40,000 nt of DNA, from assembly GCA_963772445.1 (NCBI GenBank), contig CAVYXK010000001.1, forward strand, positions 977,721-1,017,720. Reading direction: 5' to 3'. The translations under genes and the position numbers were made by a program. This DNA is from an uncultured Pseudomonadota bacterium (GTDB lineage Bacteria > Pseudomonadota > Alphaproteobacteria > Acetobacterales > Acetobacteraceae). Positions 19,788 through 30,268 of this stretch are shown one piece after another. Position 1 is the stretch's first letter, and each line of letters begins with the position of its first letter. The notes under the pieces were generated by a model that was given only the letters and a program-made list of their open reading frames with translations, was not told where the DNA came from and did no database searches.

Positions 19788-20590
19788 CGTGCAGCCAGCT
19801 TGCGTCAGGAAAGTCCTGGAAAGGAGGACGGATGTAGCCTGAAACCTTTCGGTGCGGTCCAGAGGGTTCAACTCCCTCCCGGTAAAGGCGCAGCCCGCCG
19901 GCCGGAAGCGAGCCTTGCACGGGTGACGGCGACGCCGCTCGTGAAGCGTAGGCAGCAGGTACCGAAGCCCGGGGTTGAGCCCCGACATCATGTTCGTGCT
20001 GGAGCCTTCGGCGTGTTGGGTCCGGGGGCAGCATCGACAGGACTGCAAATGGCGAGGTCCTGCCGATCCGGCCGGGGTCTGAGAGCCGGGCAGAGGTACG
20101 GGAGGGAACGCCAGGAAACCTGAGAGATCCCGTGCGTGCCCATGTGCAAACTGCCGGAGAGGGGCATACCGGCTGACCAAAGAGCCCAGGTCCGGAGGCG
20201 GCCCCCTGCCGCGCCGGGAGCGCTTCGGCGAACACGAAGACGGGGGAGCATGTGGAGCCCGGAACCGAATCCATAAGGGACCGGGAATGCACGCGCAGGA
20301 AGTCGTAGCGCCTTCATAGTACCTCGTGAAGTCGGGGAACCGGGACTCACCGGGACCCGATGGAGGGAAGGGAGGCGCCACGGAGAGAGAACCGTTGGCC
20401 GGAAACACGGGAGGGGACACTGAACCCCGCAAACCTGTCCACACAAGGACGACGGATAGCCGACTTGGCGAGGCGGCGGCGCGAGGTAGCGTTCATCGCT
20501 ACACGGCCGCTGGCGAAACTCTCTCGTGAAGAACCGGATGCGGGAAACCTGCTCGTCCGGGTCTGTGAGGGGTGGGGGTGGTAACATCCC
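19788..20590 (+). ncRNA. structured-RNA-like, ORF-poor region; possible 3'-truncated, ORF-less group II intron fragment
   Basis: No credible protein frame. It contains many short hairpins and purine-rich GNRA/GAAA-type loops, for example GTCCT-GGAAAGG-AGGAC, GAGGG-TTCAACT-CCCTC, 'GCCTGAAACC' and 'GCGGGAAACCTGC'. GTGCA/TTGCG near 19788-19803 resembles the GUGYG 5' end. The segment translating as 'EPDAGNLLVRVCEGWG' resembles pseudo-peptides I recall seeing just upstream of group II intron RT ORFs. No RT, domain V or domain VI was found. Confidence 0.35.
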
Positions 20591-21797
20591 CACCTACTCG
20601 GCAATCCGGTTGCTCGAGATTTGCTTTGATGCAGCTCCCGCTCGAGGGCGAGCACATTGAGCAGGTCGCGCGAAGACACGATGCCAAACAGTGCACCATC
20701 ATGCAGCACCATCAGTCGGCTTCGGCCAGTGCGGCGCATCTGCATCAGGGCCGCAAACGCGCTCTCCTCGGGTGTTACTATATCGTCGCGAGAAAGAGGG
20801 CGCATGACCCGACGGATTGGCACGGTTGGCCAAAACGTTCGGTCGAGCGCCGCGATCTGATGTGTATCGACGCTGCCAACAACGGCGTTATCTTCCATGA
20901 CAGGGAACCAGAGGTGGTGGTAGCAATAGACATAGTCATCGATGAAGTGCTGGACAGAGAGATCGGACATTACCGCAATGGGGTCAGGGTTCATGATGCG
21001 CGCCACGGGAATGTCGGTGAGAAAGCCGTCGGGCGAGCGTTTCACTATAGCTTGCCGAAGCTGCACCGCGGGGAAACATGCCGATCAGAAAGCGCCACAT
21101 TCCGCCAATGAAGTCGCCTTGCGACACGCCGATCAGGCCGAACACGATCAGCACGATGCCGAACACATTTCCGGCACCGGCCGCAATGCGCGTCGCCCAA
21201 TCCAGATCGCCGCGCCAGGACCACAGGACGGCACGGAAGATCCGGCCGCCGTCGAGCGGAAAGGCTGGAACGAGGTTGAAGACCGCCAATATGAAGTTGA
21301 GTGGCGCGGAGATACCAGAGCACGCCGGCAACCGATGTGGGGCCGCCCGAGGCCACTACACCGTTAAACAGAAGGAACAGAATGGTTGCCAGCAGCAGAC
21401 TGGCGGCCGGCCCCGCCGCGGCCATCAGCAACTCGTCGCGCGGCCGGCCAGGCTCGGCGGTCATTTCTGCAACGCCACCAAAGATGAACAGGGTGATGCC
21501 GCGGATCGGCATGCCGTAATGGCGCGCGACCAGCGAATGGGCTGTCTCGTGGAACACGATCGACAGGAGCAGTCCGACCGTTGCCAAGGCCCCCATCGCC
21601 CAGTAGCTCGCGGCCGAGAGGCGCGGCGCGAGGTGCGGAAATACTGCTCCGGCCAGGGTCCATGTGACCAGCGCCGCGAGCAGCAGCCACGAGGCATCCA
21701 CGCTGACCTGGAAGCCGAACAGGGAAAACAGCTTGATGCGATAGAGGAAGATGAGACACCTACCACGAGAGTTTGTGTGGCGCCTGCTCTGGCTCAC
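20347..21797 (-). pseudogene. M50 (site-2 protease) family peptidase with C-terminal CBS pair, two frameshifts
   Basis: 'FHETAHSLVA' (HExxH) and 'NLVPAFPLDGGRI' (second metal-ligand motif), with CBS-pair sequence in a third frame. Frame changes are near 21310 and 21020. The last ~80 codons of the open frame run into the RNA-like region and are probably not native. Confidence 0.75.
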
Positions 21798-22153
21798 TTG
21801 CCTCGCAGGCTGAGGATGTAGGCGGCGAGGTCGTCGATCTCGTCCTGGCTTAGGTGGAGATCTGGCATCGGGCTGTGCGGCGTCTGCAGAAAGACCCGAA
21901 GGGATAAGTGCGTCGTCGAGTTCATGCGCGCGATGGCGGCGAATGTCGGCGCGCCGTTGCTGGAGCCGCGCTGCGCCGTCGGGTCAACCACGTGGCAACC
22001 GCTGCACCAGGTCTCGGCCAGCTTGCCGCCCGCGGTAACATCGCCGATGTCCTGAGCGGCCACAGAGCACAATGGGGCAGCCAGCAAGCTTGCGGCCAGC
22101 AGCGGGACGGCGATGAACCCGATCCAGAGCTCGGTAAGCTTACTGCCCCTCAT
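21794..22153 (-). CDS. class I c-type cytochrome (periplasmic)
   Basis: Signal peptide, haem site 'CSGCH' and a distal 'SPMP' Met region. The stop overlaps the GTG start of the M50 gene. Confidence 0.8.
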   Translation of the reverse strand: MRGSKLTELWIGFIAVPLLAASLLAAPLCSVAAQDIGDVTAGGKLAETWCSGCHVVDPTAQRGSSNGAPTFAAIARMNSTTHLSLRVFLQTPHSPMPDLHLSQDEIDDLAAYILSLRGK

Positions 22154-22254
22154 CGGCTCCTGCGCATCGCTCCAACCTGCTTGGTAATTTCCGCAGCCTC
22201 TGCTCAGAGGTCATTGATCTGGGTCAATGTGACCCGTCGGCGCCGGTCCCATTT
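22118..22254 (+). repeat. promoter-region direct repeat, copy 1 (includes cytochrome c start and FixK box)
   Basis: Aligns with 23657-23784, with a 9-bp indel and a few substitutions. Confidence 0.85.
22214..22227. promoter_or_regulatory. FixK/FNR-type box TTGATCTGGGTCAA in divergent promoter (cytochrome c / CBS-BON)
   Basis: Matches TTGAT-N4-(A/G)TCAA. Its centre is ~65 nt from both divergent start codons (22153 and 22284). Confidence 0.7.
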
Positions 22255-22283
22255 ATCTCGGATACTTCATCAAATGTCAGGAG

Positions 22284-22983
22284 GTGCCTATGATCGCCGC
22301 AGACGTCATGTCCCGGTCCGTTGTTGCGATCAGCCCGGAGGCGCCGCTTGCGCAAGCCATCCGGTTGATGATTGATCGCCGGGTCAGCGGGCTTCCGGTG
22401 ATCGATGCGGAGGGGCGGGCGGTCGGGATGCTGACCGAGGGCGATCTTCTGCGCCGCGTGGAGACTGGCACCGAGGGCAAGGCTCCCGGCTGGTTCGCGA
22501 GCTTCTTCTTTCCCGGACCTCAGGCTGAGCGTTATGTCCACACGCATGGCCGCCGCGTCTCGGAGATCATGACCCCCAACGTGATGAGCGTGGAAGAGAA
22601 CACCCCGCTCGCCGACGTTGTGGCGTTGATGCAGCGCAATCGCATCAAGCGGCTGCCGGTTGTGCGGGGAGAAAGAGTGGTTGGCATCGTGAGCCGGGCC
22701 GATCTGGTGCGCGTCGTCGGTGAGGCGCTTGGTGCGGGGGCTGTCACAGCTGACGATGCTACAATCCGCCAAGCGATTCTCGACGGACTCGCTCACGAAA
22801 TCTTGGATGCCGAAGGCATCATCGCCTACCGTCGCGGTAGAGAACGGCGTCGTTCAGCTCGACGGCTGCTTGGTCGATATGCGCACGTGCGATGCAATCG
22901 GCGTGCTGGCAGAGAATGTGCCGGGTGTCAAACGGGTGGAAAATCGGCTCGTCTACGTCACACCGCTCCCCGGTATTGTCTGA
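22284..22983 (+). pseudogene. CBS-pair + BON domain protein, frameshift near 22800
   Basis: Two CBS motifs ('SGLPVIDAEGRAVGMLTEGDLL', 'KRLPVVRGERVVGIVSRADLV'). The BON segment 'VAVENGVVQLDGCLVDMRTCDAIGVLAENVPGVKRVENRL' is in another frame and ends at 22983. Confidence 0.7.
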
Positions 22984-23191
22984 ATGACGGGCCAAATCCG
23001 CCGCCGCCGATCCGGCTGAATGCGCCCGTTCTGGAGACTCACCCTGTCATTGTGAACCGCAACGAAGAGACGATTCCGAAGAGCGCGCAACAGTGGGTTA
23101 TTCTCCCCGCTCCTTCTCGGCTCACGATTACAAGTGCGACGGAACGAAAGCAAATCTCTAATTCAGTACACGAGCGCTGAGAGGCTTTGCC

Positions 23192-23656
23192 ATGGACGTG
23201 CTGCCGCCCGCTGTCGGAACGACAGGGGAAGCTAAAAGTGCTGCCGCAGCACCGAGACGCGCGTCAGCCACGCGCTGGACGCGCTCGTGCATGCAGCAGA
23301 AGCTCGCGCCACCTTCGGTCTGTCTCCTGTCGCACAGGGCCTCGCCTTCCTTGACTGGGCGACCCACCTTGGCAATGCGCCGTTCCGGCGGCTCGAACTT
23401 GCCTACGCGGCGCTGGAGCAGTGGCGCCGCCTGCTCGAAGCTGCCTGGGGACGAACGGTCATCTCTCCGGCGCCAGGTGATCATCGGTTTCAGGCAGCCG
23501 GATGGCGCGCCCAACCATTCAACCTGATCCTCCAGGCCTTCCTGCTCTGCGAGGAGTGGTAGGCTGACGCGGCGTCGGCTCCCGAAGGTACGGCGCACGC
23601 CAATGATGTCATCGTCTCCTTCGCGGCGCGGCAATGGGTGGATGTGTTCTCGCCGT
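23192..23656 (+). pseudogene. phaC: PHA synthase N-terminal fragment (frameshift, in-frame TAG, 3' truncated)
   Basis: 'FGLSPVAQGLAFLDWATHLGNAP...DHRFQAAGWRAQPFNLILQAFLLCEEW', then TAG at 23560-23562, then 'VSFAARQWVDVFSPS'. It ends where repeat copy 2 begins. Confidence 0.55.
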
Positions 23657-23784
23657 CCCGATCCAGAGGTTGGTAAGCTCAATGCCCCTCATCGCATCGC
23701 TCCAACCTGCTTGGCAATCTCCGCAGCCTCTGCTCAGAGGTCATTGATCTGGGTCAATGTGACCCGTCGGCGCTGGTCCTATTT
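23657..23784 (+). repeat. promoter-region direct repeat, copy 2 (with remnant of cytochrome c start codon region)
   Basis: Near-identical to 22118-22254. The minus strand reads ATGAGGGGCATTGAGCTTACC, compared with ATGAGGGGCAGTAAGCTTACC in copy 1. Confidence 0.85.
23744..23757. promoter_or_regulatory. FixK/FNR-type box TTGATCTGGGTCAA upstream of the acyl-CoA synthetase gene
   Basis: The 14-mer is identical to 22214-22227. It lies ~70-85 nt upstream of the candidate starts at 23823 and 23838. Confidence 0.7.
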
Positions 23785-23822
23785 GCTTTGTTGTTAGTAT
23801 TCGGGATCGGAAGGGGACAATT

Positions 23823-25632
23823 GTGTCCGGGTCGGCGATGGGCCGCGTTGCTCTTGCGGATCTCTATCCGCGAATCGTCAAGCCCCGCGGCGGCGTCGCT
23901 ACGCTTGCCAATCTCGCGGACTATCAGAAGATCCGCAGCACGTTCACCTGGGAGGCTGCGCGTGCGCTGCTGGATGGTTTGCCCGAGGGTCGAGGACTCA
24001 ACATCGCGCACGAAGCGGTCGATCGTCACGCGGACGGCCGGCGGGCAGATCGTCATGCGCTGCGCTGGATCGGACGAGCGGGCGGCCGCCGCAACCTCAG
24101 CTATCGCGAGCTGAAAGCGGCGACCAACCGGTTCGCCAATGGCCTGCGCGGGCTCGGGGTGCGAGAGGGTGACAGCGTGTTCGTGCTGGCGGGCCGGATT
24201 CCCGAGCTCTACATCGCCGTGCTTGGCGCCTTGAAGGCGAAATGCGTGGTCGCGCCGCTGTTCTCGGCTTTTGGGCCCGAGCCGATCGCGACGAGGCTCG
24301 CGATTGGCGAAGGCCGCGTTTTGGTGACCACCGAAGCGCTCTACCGCCGCAAAGTGGCGCCAATCCGCTCTCAACTGACGCAGCTCGAACAGGTGATCCT
24401 TGTTCCTGAAACGGGGGAGCCGGAGGCCAACCTAGGTGACGCCCTCGACTGGCGGACTCTGGTCGAGACCCAGAGCCCGGACTTTGTCATCCCGCCGACC
24501 GCCCCGGAAGATCGCGCGCTACTCCACTTCACCAGCGGCACCACCGGCCGGCCGAAGGGGGCGATCCATGTGCACGAGGCGGTCGTCACCCATCATACCA
24601 CGGGGCATTACGCGCTCGATCTGCACGACGAGGACATCTTCTGGTGCACCGCCGATCCTGGCTGGGTGACCGGGACGAGCTACGGCATCATCGCGCCGCT
24701 GACGAACGGCGTGACCAGCGTGGTTGCCGAGGCCGAATTCGATGCCAAGACATGGTACGGCATCCTGCAGCGCGAGCGCGTTACGGTCTGGTACACGGCG
24801 CCGACGGCGATTTGCATGATGATGAAGCTCGGCATCGAAGCGGTGCGCGGCTTCGATCTTTCCTCGCTGCGTTTCCTGGCCAGTGTCGGCGAGCCACTGA
24901 ACCCGGAGGCGGTGATCTGGGGACAGCAGGCGTTTGGCAAGCCGTTCCACGACAACTGGTGGCAGACCGAGACGGGCGGAATCATGATCGCCAATTTCGC
25001 CTCGATGGATGTGAAGCCTGGCTCGATGGGCAAACCGCTGCCTGGCATCGAGGCTGCCATTGTGCAGCGCAATGCCGATGGCAGCGTTACCCTGATCGAA
25101 CAGCCTATGGTCGAAGGCGAGCTCGCGCTTAAGGCCGGCTGGCCATCGATGATGCGTGGCTATCTGCACGAGGAAGAACGCTATCGCAGGTGTTTTGTCG
25201 GCCCATGGTATCTCACGGGTGACCTCGCGATGCGCGATGCTGACGGCTATTACTGGTTCGTCGGTCGCGCCGATGACGTGATCAAATCCTCCGGCCATTT
25301 GATCGGACCGTTCGAGGTCGAGAGCACGCTGATGGAACATCCTGCCGTCGCCGAGGCAGGTGGTGATCGGCAAACCGGACCCCATGGCAGGCGAGATCGT
25401 CAAGGCGTTTGTGGCGCTGAATGCGGGCTTCTCGCCATCCGAAGCGCTGCGTCGTGAGCTGCTGGGCCATGCCCGCAAGCGGTTGGGCGCCGTGGTGGCG
25501 CCGAAGGAGATCGACTTCAGCCCGGGCTTGCCGCGCACGCGCAGCGGCAAGATCATGCGCCGGCTGCTGAAAGCGCGTGAGCTCGGCTTGCCGGAAGGCG
25601 ATCTCTCCACGCTGGAAAGCGATCCACGATGA
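23823..25632 (+). pseudogene. acetyl/acyl-CoA synthetase (AMP-forming), frameshift near 25350
   Basis: AMP-binding motifs '[13 protein letters not shown]', 'WWQTETGG', '[26 protein letters not shown]'. The C-terminal '[17 protein letters not shown]...[11 protein letters not shown]' is in ORF 25360-25632 in another frame. Confidence 0.75.
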
Positions 25633-26615
25633 CCGACAAGGTGCATCTCGACCACGCACATGTGCGCCATCTGCTCACTGCGATGTTGCGCATTCGCCGG
25701 TTCGAGGAGAAGTGCTTCGAGCTTTATCAGAGTGAAAAGATTCGCGGCTTCATGCATCTCTACGATGGCGAGGAAGCCGTCTCGGTCGGTGTGATCGAGG
25801 CGTTGCAGCCTGAAGATGCCATTGTTGCCACTTATCGCGAACACGGGCAGGCCCTTGCACGCGGCATTGGCATGAACGTGCTGATGGCCGAGCTCTACGG
25901 CAAGCAGGAAGGCTGCTGCCGCGGCCGCGGCGGGTCGATGCACGTGTTCGATCGGACAACTCGGTTTTACGGTGGCAATGCCATTGTCGGCGGCGGCTTG
26001 CCACTCGCCGTCGGTACCGCGATGGGCGACAAGATGCTGGGGCGCACCTCCATCACGGCGTGCTTCTTCGGCGACGGCGCCGTGGACGAAGGCTCGTTTC
26101 ACGAAAGCATGAACCTGGCTTCCCTGTGGAAGTTGCCGGTACTCTTCGTGTGCGAGAACAACCTCTATGCCATGGGCATGGCGCTGGAGCGCGCCGAAGC
26201 GGAGACGGATCTCGTGCGCAAAGCGGCCGGCTATCGGGTAGCAGCCGAGACAGTGGACGGTATGGACGTTGTCGCCGTCGAGGTCGCGGCGCGACGGGCG
26301 ATCACGGAAATTCGCCGGACGAATGCACCTTACCTGCTGGAATGCCGCACTTACCGGTTCCGCGCGCACTCGATGTTTGACGCACAGCTCTATCGCACCA
26401 AGCAGGAGCTCGAGGGCTGGCGCAAGAAGGACCCGATACGGCAACTGCAATCGTGGTTGGAGCAGACAGGACTGATGCATGCCGACGAAATAGTCGGCAT
26501 CGAGGCCGACATCGCCGTCGAGGTCGACGCGGCCGTTGCCTTCGCCGAGGCCGGTACGTGGGAGCCCGTGGAGGAGCTGGAGCGCTTCACCATCATGGAC
26601 CGGGTGCCACAATGA
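25629..26615 (+). CDS. 2-oxoacid (pyruvate/acetoin-type) dehydrogenase E1 alpha subunit
   Basis: The ThDP motif region '[31 protein letters not shown]' is intact over 328 aa. There are ATGA overlaps with both neighbours. Confidence 0.85.
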   Translation: MTDKVHLDHAHVRHLLTAMLRIRRFEEKCFELYQSEKIRGFMHLYDGEEAVSVGVIEALQPEDAIVATYREHGQALARGIGMNVLMAELYGKQEGCCRGRGGSMHVFDRTTRFYGGNAIVGGGLPLAVGTAMGDKMLGRTSITACFFGDGAVDEGSFHESMNLASLWKLPVLFVCENNLYAMGMALERAEAETDLVRKAAGYRVAAETVDGMDVVAVEVAARRAITEIRRTNAPYLLECRTYRFRAHSMFDAQLYRTKQELEGWRKKDPIRQLQSWLEQTGLMHADEIVGIEADIAVEVDAAVAFAEAGTWEPVEELERFTIMDRVPQ

Positions 26616-27616
26616 CCATCCCCGCCAACACGGCGCCGCAACGCATGACCTACCGTGAGGCTTGCAAGCAGGCGATCCGCGCGGCGATCCTTGCCGATAA
26701 ACGCGTCTTCCTCATGGGCGAGGACGTGGCGCGCTACGGCGGCTGCTATGCGGTGACCAAGGGTCTGGCAGAGGAGCTAGGCGAAGACAGGATTCGCGAC
26801 ACGCCACTGTCCGAAGCGGGTTACGCCGGCGCCGGGATCGGCGCGGCGATCGCCGGGATGCGACCGATCGTGGAGATCATGACGGTCAACTTCAGCTTGC
26901 TGGCGCTGGATCAGATCGTCAACAGCGCTGCGGCCATCCCACACATGTCGGGCGGCCAGTTTGCGGTGCCACTCGTGATCCGCATGGCGACCGGTGCCGG
27001 CCGTCAGCTTGCCGCCCAGCACTCGCACAGTCTGGAAGGATGGTACGCGCATGTCCCGGGCCTGAAGGTACTGGCGCCTGCAACCACTGAAGACGCGCGT
27101 TACATGTTGCAGCCAGCGCTGGACGATCCGAACCCGGTGCTGATCTTCGAGCATGTCATGCTGTACAACCGCGAAGACGAGCTCGACCCCACCATCACCT
27201 CGGTGGATATCGCTTCGGCGAAGATCCGCCGGCCAGGACATGACGTTACACTGGTGACCTATGGCGGTTCCCTATTCAAGGCCCTGGAAGCGGCCGAGGT
27301 GCTGCAGCAGGGGGGTATCGACGCCGAGGTGATCGATCTGCGCGTCCTGCGCCCGCTCGACATGGCGACGGTGCTGGGTTCGGTTACGCGTACGCGGCGG
27401 GTTGTGATCATCGACGAAGGCTGGAGGTCGGGCTCGCTGTCGGCCGAGATCAGTGCCCGTATCGTCGAAGGTGCATTCTTTGAACTCGACTCTCCGATCC
27501 GCCGCATCTGCTCGAGCGAAGTGCCGATCCCCTACGCCGCGCACCTCGAGCAGGCGGCGCTGCCTCAGGCAGCTTCGATCGTCGCCGCGGCGCGGGAGCT
27601 GGTGAAAGGCGGATGA
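26612..27616 (+). CDS. 2-oxoacid dehydrogenase E1 beta subunit
   Basis: Starts at the ATG overlapping the E1alpha stop. '[33 protein letters not shown]' and '[17 protein letters not shown]' are typical of E1beta. Confidence 0.85.
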   Translation: MTIPANTAPQRMTYREACKQAIRAAILADKRVFLMGEDVARYGGCYAVTKGLAEELGEDRIRDTPLSEAGYAGAGIGAAIAGMRPIVEIMTVNFSLLALDQIVNSAAAIPHMSGGQFAVPLVIRMATGAGRQLAAQHSHSLEGWYAHVPGLKVLAPATTEDARYMLQPALDDPNPVLIFEHVMLYNREDELDPTITSVDIASAKIRRPGHDVTLVTYGGSLFKALEAAEVLQQGGIDAEVIDLRVLRPLDMATVLGSVTRTRRVVIIDEGWRSGSLSAEISARIVEGAFFELDSPIRRICSSEVPIPYAAHLEQAALPQAASIVAAARELVKGG

Positions 27617-28782
27617 TTGAGTTCCGCATGCCCTCGCTCGGTGCCGACATGGAGGCCGGCACGCTGGTCGAATGGCTGGTGAAGCCAGGCGACAGGGTGA
27701 AACGCGGCGCTGTCGTCGCCGTAGTGGAGACGCAAAAGGGGTCCATCGAGATCGAGATTTTCAATGCCGGCACGGTTTCCGAGCTGGTCGTACCGGTGGG
27801 CAGCCGTGTCCCGGTTGGCACGGTTCTCGCTCGGCTCGACAGCACGATCGGTGCGGTCCAGCCCACTGCGCCGCCTGCTTCCAGGCCTCTGCCTGCCGCC
27901 GTCGTCTCCCCGCCTGCGGCGGTACCAGGGGCCATTCCTTCGGCAGCCCCTGGTCGTTCGCATGTTTCGCCAGCCGCGCGTCGCCTCGCCGCCGAGCGGG
28001 GCATCGATGTCCAGCAGTTGAAAGGAACCGGGCTGGGTGGCGCGATCACGGTGGCAGACGTTGAGGCGGCCAAGCCTGCCGTGCCCGGCGAGGGTGGCCG
28101 CGGTCGGGCTGGATTCGATCCCGCCGCGATGCGCCAGGCCATCGCAGCAGCGATGAGCCGGTCGAAGCGCGAAATCCCACACTACTACCTGAGCCAGACC
28201 GTTGACGTCGCTGCCGCTCTTGGGCGACTGGAACGACTGAACAGTGAGCGACAACCACCGGCTCGTCTGCTGCCAGCGGCGCTGTTCCTGCGCGCCGTCG
28301 CGGTGGCGATTGCCAAGGCCCCTGAACTGAATGGTTTCTGGGAGGAAGGAAGGTTTCGCGCCGGCGATGGCATTCACATTGGCTGGGCAATTGCCCTGCG
28401 CGGCGGTGGCTTGGTGGCGCCGGCAATCCGCGAGGCCGATCGCCGCTCGCTCGATGAGCTGATGGCGGCAATGCGTGACCTGGTGCAGCGGGCGCGCAGC
28501 TTCGGGCTACGCAGTTCAGAGTTGAGTGCTCCGACCGTCACTGTGACGAGCTTCGGGGATCGCGGAGCGGAAACCGTGCTACCAATCATCTATCCGCCGC
28601 AGGTGGCTATGATCGGCATCGGCCGGATTGTCACGCGCCCTTGGGTCGTGAATGGGGCGATCACCCCACGCCCAGTGGTGACGATGACATTGGCCGGCGA
28701 TCACCGCGCAAGCGATGGCCATCGTGGTGGCCTGCTGTTGGCTGAGATCGATCGTCTGTTGCAAGAGCCGGAGGCGCTATGA
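27613..28782 (+). CDS. dihydrolipoamide acyltransferase E2
   Basis: Lipoyl domain ('[15 protein letters not shown]'), E3-binding domain ('[23 protein letters not shown]') and catalytic 'DHRASDG'. Confidence 0.85.
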   Translation: MIEFRMPSLGADMEAGTLVEWLVKPGDRVKRGAVVAVVETQKGSIEIEIFNAGTVSELVVPVGSRVPVGTVLARLDSTIGAVQPTAPPASRPLPAAVVSPPAAVPGAIPSAAPGRSHVSPAARRLAAERGIDVQQLKGTGLGGAITVADVEAAKPAVPGEGGRGRAGFDPAAMRQAIAAAMSRSKREIPHYYLSQTVDVAAALGRLERLNSERQPPARLLPAALFLRAVAVAIAKAPELNGFWEEGRFRAGDGIHIGWAIALRGGGLVAPAIREADRRSLDELMAAMRDLVQRARSFGLRSSELSAPTVTVTSFGDRGAETVLPIIYPPQVAMIGIGRIVTRPWVVNGAITPRPVVTMTLAGDHRASDGHRGGLLLAEIDRLLQEPEAL

Positions 28783-29016
28783 ACCAAGTCGAAGCGAAAA
28801 CCCTGGTGCTCGACGTTCCTGTCTGGCATTGCGCCTGAAGCCGATCTCGTGCGGCTTCGCGGTAAGGCCGAACTGCGCGAGGAACTGGATCTCGATTTAA
28901 TGGACTTCCTTAACTTGATCGCTGCGCTGCACGAGCGGACCAAAATCGACATCCCGGAGGCCGACTATCCGAAGCTGTTCACGTCGGACGGCGTCGTTGC
29001 CTATCTGGGCCGGTGA
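28779..29016 (+). pseudogene. acyl-carrier-protein-like gene, frameshifted, attachment Ser replaced
   Basis: '[13 protein letters not shown]' then a shift near 28820, then 'IAPEADLVRLRGKAELREELDLDLMDFLNLIAALHERT...'. The usual DSxD/F serine position reads Leu (TTA). Confidence 0.5.
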
Positions 29017-29020
29017 TCCC

Positions 29021-29743
29021 ATGATGGACGAGCGGGATGCGCTGCAAGCGGTTCGCGCTGCTTTGCACAGCCAGCCACGGGTTCATCCCACCGAAGGGCC
29101 GATCCGTCTTGCCTTCGCCAATGGCGAGTTGACGATGGAAGGCGAGGTCGATCACATCGCCGGCAAGAAGCTGGCACTGGAGGCGGCGGCACGGGTGCCA
29201 GGGGTGAGCATCATCATCGACCGGCTGTACGTGCGGCCGGCGACCCCGATGGGCGACGGCGACATAAGGGACAAGGTGCGAGACGCGCTCCTGGAAGAAA
29301 TCGCACTTGCCTCTTGCACCATCCGGGTCTGGGACAAAGGACACTTGGAGATGGTGCGCGAACCGGCGGATGGCACGGGCACGATCGATGTCAGAGTTGA
29401 GGATGGGGTCGTGACGCTGGACGGCGATGTCGTCGGAGCTGGGCAAAAGCGCCTGGCTGGTGTTCTTGCCTGGTGGGTGCCGGGTAGCCGCGATGTCATC
29501 AACGGAATTGGTGTCACACCGCCAGAGCAGGACAGCGAAGCCGCGATCACCGACGCCGTGCTTCAGGTGTTGGAGAAGGACCCCTTCGTCAATTCGGAGA
29601 GCATCCCGGTGCGCACACGCAGAGGCGTGGTGACGCTCGACGGCACCGTGCCGCGCGAGGCGGAAGTGAAGCTGGCTGAAGACGATGCCTGGTACGTCTT
29701 TGGTGTTGACAGGGTGATCAACCGGCTTGTGGTGCGGACATGA
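29021..29743 (+). CDS. BON-domain protein (three BON-like repeats)
   Basis: Repeated pattern: 'GELTMEGEVDHIAGKKLALEAAARVPGV', 'DGVVTLDGDVVGAGQKRLAGVLAWWVPGSRDVIN', 'RGVVTLDGTVPREAEVKLAEDDAWYVFGVDRVINRL'. Confidence 0.7.
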   Translation: MMDERDALQAVRAALHSQPRVHPTEGPIRLAFANGELTMEGEVDHIAGKKLALEAAARVPGVSIIIDRLYVRPATPMGDGDIRDKVRDALLEEIALASCTIRVWDKGHLEMVREPADGTGTIDVRVEDGVVTLDGDVVGAGQKRLAGVLAWWVPGSRDVINGIGVTPPEQDSEAAITDAVLQVLEKDPFVNSESIPVRTRRGVVTLDGTVPREAEVKLAEDDAWYVFGVDRVINRLVVRT

Positions 29744-29814
29744 CGGTGCGCAACCGGCGCCCACCTCCTGGTCCCTGACATTGGGCAGCCACTGGCGCAA
29801 TGAAGGAGCCGACG

Positions 29815-30171
29815 ATGCGGATCGATGACACACAGTTTGGCAACATCACAATCGACGGGAAGACATACGACCACGATGTGGTCATTCGCCTGAACGGTGA
29901 TGTGGTCAAGCGCAAAAAGAAGCTTTCGAAGAAGCATTATGGCACGTCACATGTCGTATCGAAGGACGAAGTAAAATTCGTATTCGAGAAGGGAACCGAG
30001 CTGCTGATCCTGGGATCAGGGCAGGAGGGCAATGTGCGGCTCTCTCCCGAGGCGGATGACTATCTGGCCAAGAAAGGGTGCGAGATCGTGATCCAGCCGA
30101 CCCCAGAGGCACTTCGCGTCTTCAATGAGGCAAGCGGTAAAAAGATCGGCCTGTTCCATGTGACGTGTTGA
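29815..30171 (+). CDS. Mth938-like (DUF498-type) small protein
   Basis: An AAGGAG RBS sits 7 nt before the ATG at 29815. 'FGNITIDGKTYDHDVVI...LILGSGQEG' resembles the Mth938 domain. Assignment is from memory only. Confidence 0.5.
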   Translation: MRIDDTQFGNITIDGKTYDHDVVIRLNGDVVKRKKKLSKKHYGTSHVVSKDEVKFVFEKGTELLILGSGQEGNVRLSPEADDYLAKKGCEIVIQPTPEALRVFNEASGKKIGLFHVTC

Positions 30172-30268
30172 TCAAGCCAGTTCGCCAAGAGACACGGCCT
30201 CTGCGTAATGAAGATCTCCATTCGCACAGGTTCGCCGCGCAACCGATGGCTCTCCGGCAGGCAAGCAT

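Noticed and set aside
19803-19885. RNase P-like 'AGGAAAGTCC' and a T-loop-like hairpin GAGGGTTCAACTCCCTC (tRNA/tmRNA-like)
   Set aside because: The other universally conserved RNase P regions are absent. There is no acceptor stem, anticodon arm or CCA context for a tRNA or tmRNA. These were kept only as part of the generic structured-RNA observation.
19395-20593. Overlapping minus-strand ORFs of 349, 248 and 201 aa
   Set aside because: They are Pro/Arg/Ser/Gly-rich and low-complexity, mutually overlapping in different frames, and partly antisense to the Usp-like gene. They are more likely artefacts over a non-coding, RNA-like region.
20568-20598. Hairpin GGTGGGG-N9-CCCCACC considered as a rho-independent terminator
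   Set aside because: No T-tract follows on either strand. It may be part of the RNA-like region or a remnant of the M50 3' region.
1771-23562. All three in-frame stops are TAG (1771, 17350, 23560): possible amber reassignment or suppression
   Set aside because: TAG also terminates the apparently native Usp-like ORF (19765-19767). Each case is one GC-to-AT-type change from a plausible sense codon (CAG/AAG/TGG). The same genes also carry frameshifts. Decay is the simpler explanation.
24519-26612. 697-aa minus-strand ORF, the longest ORF in the region after PolB
   Set aside because: It is antisense to the acs-like and E1alpha genes, which have clear family motifs. Its composition is Arg/Ala/Gly/His-rich and typical of stop-free antisense frames in high-GC DNA. 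The same reasoning applies to 27450-28377 (-), 6296-7006 (+), 36902-37594 (+), 8285-9033 (+) and similar ORFs.
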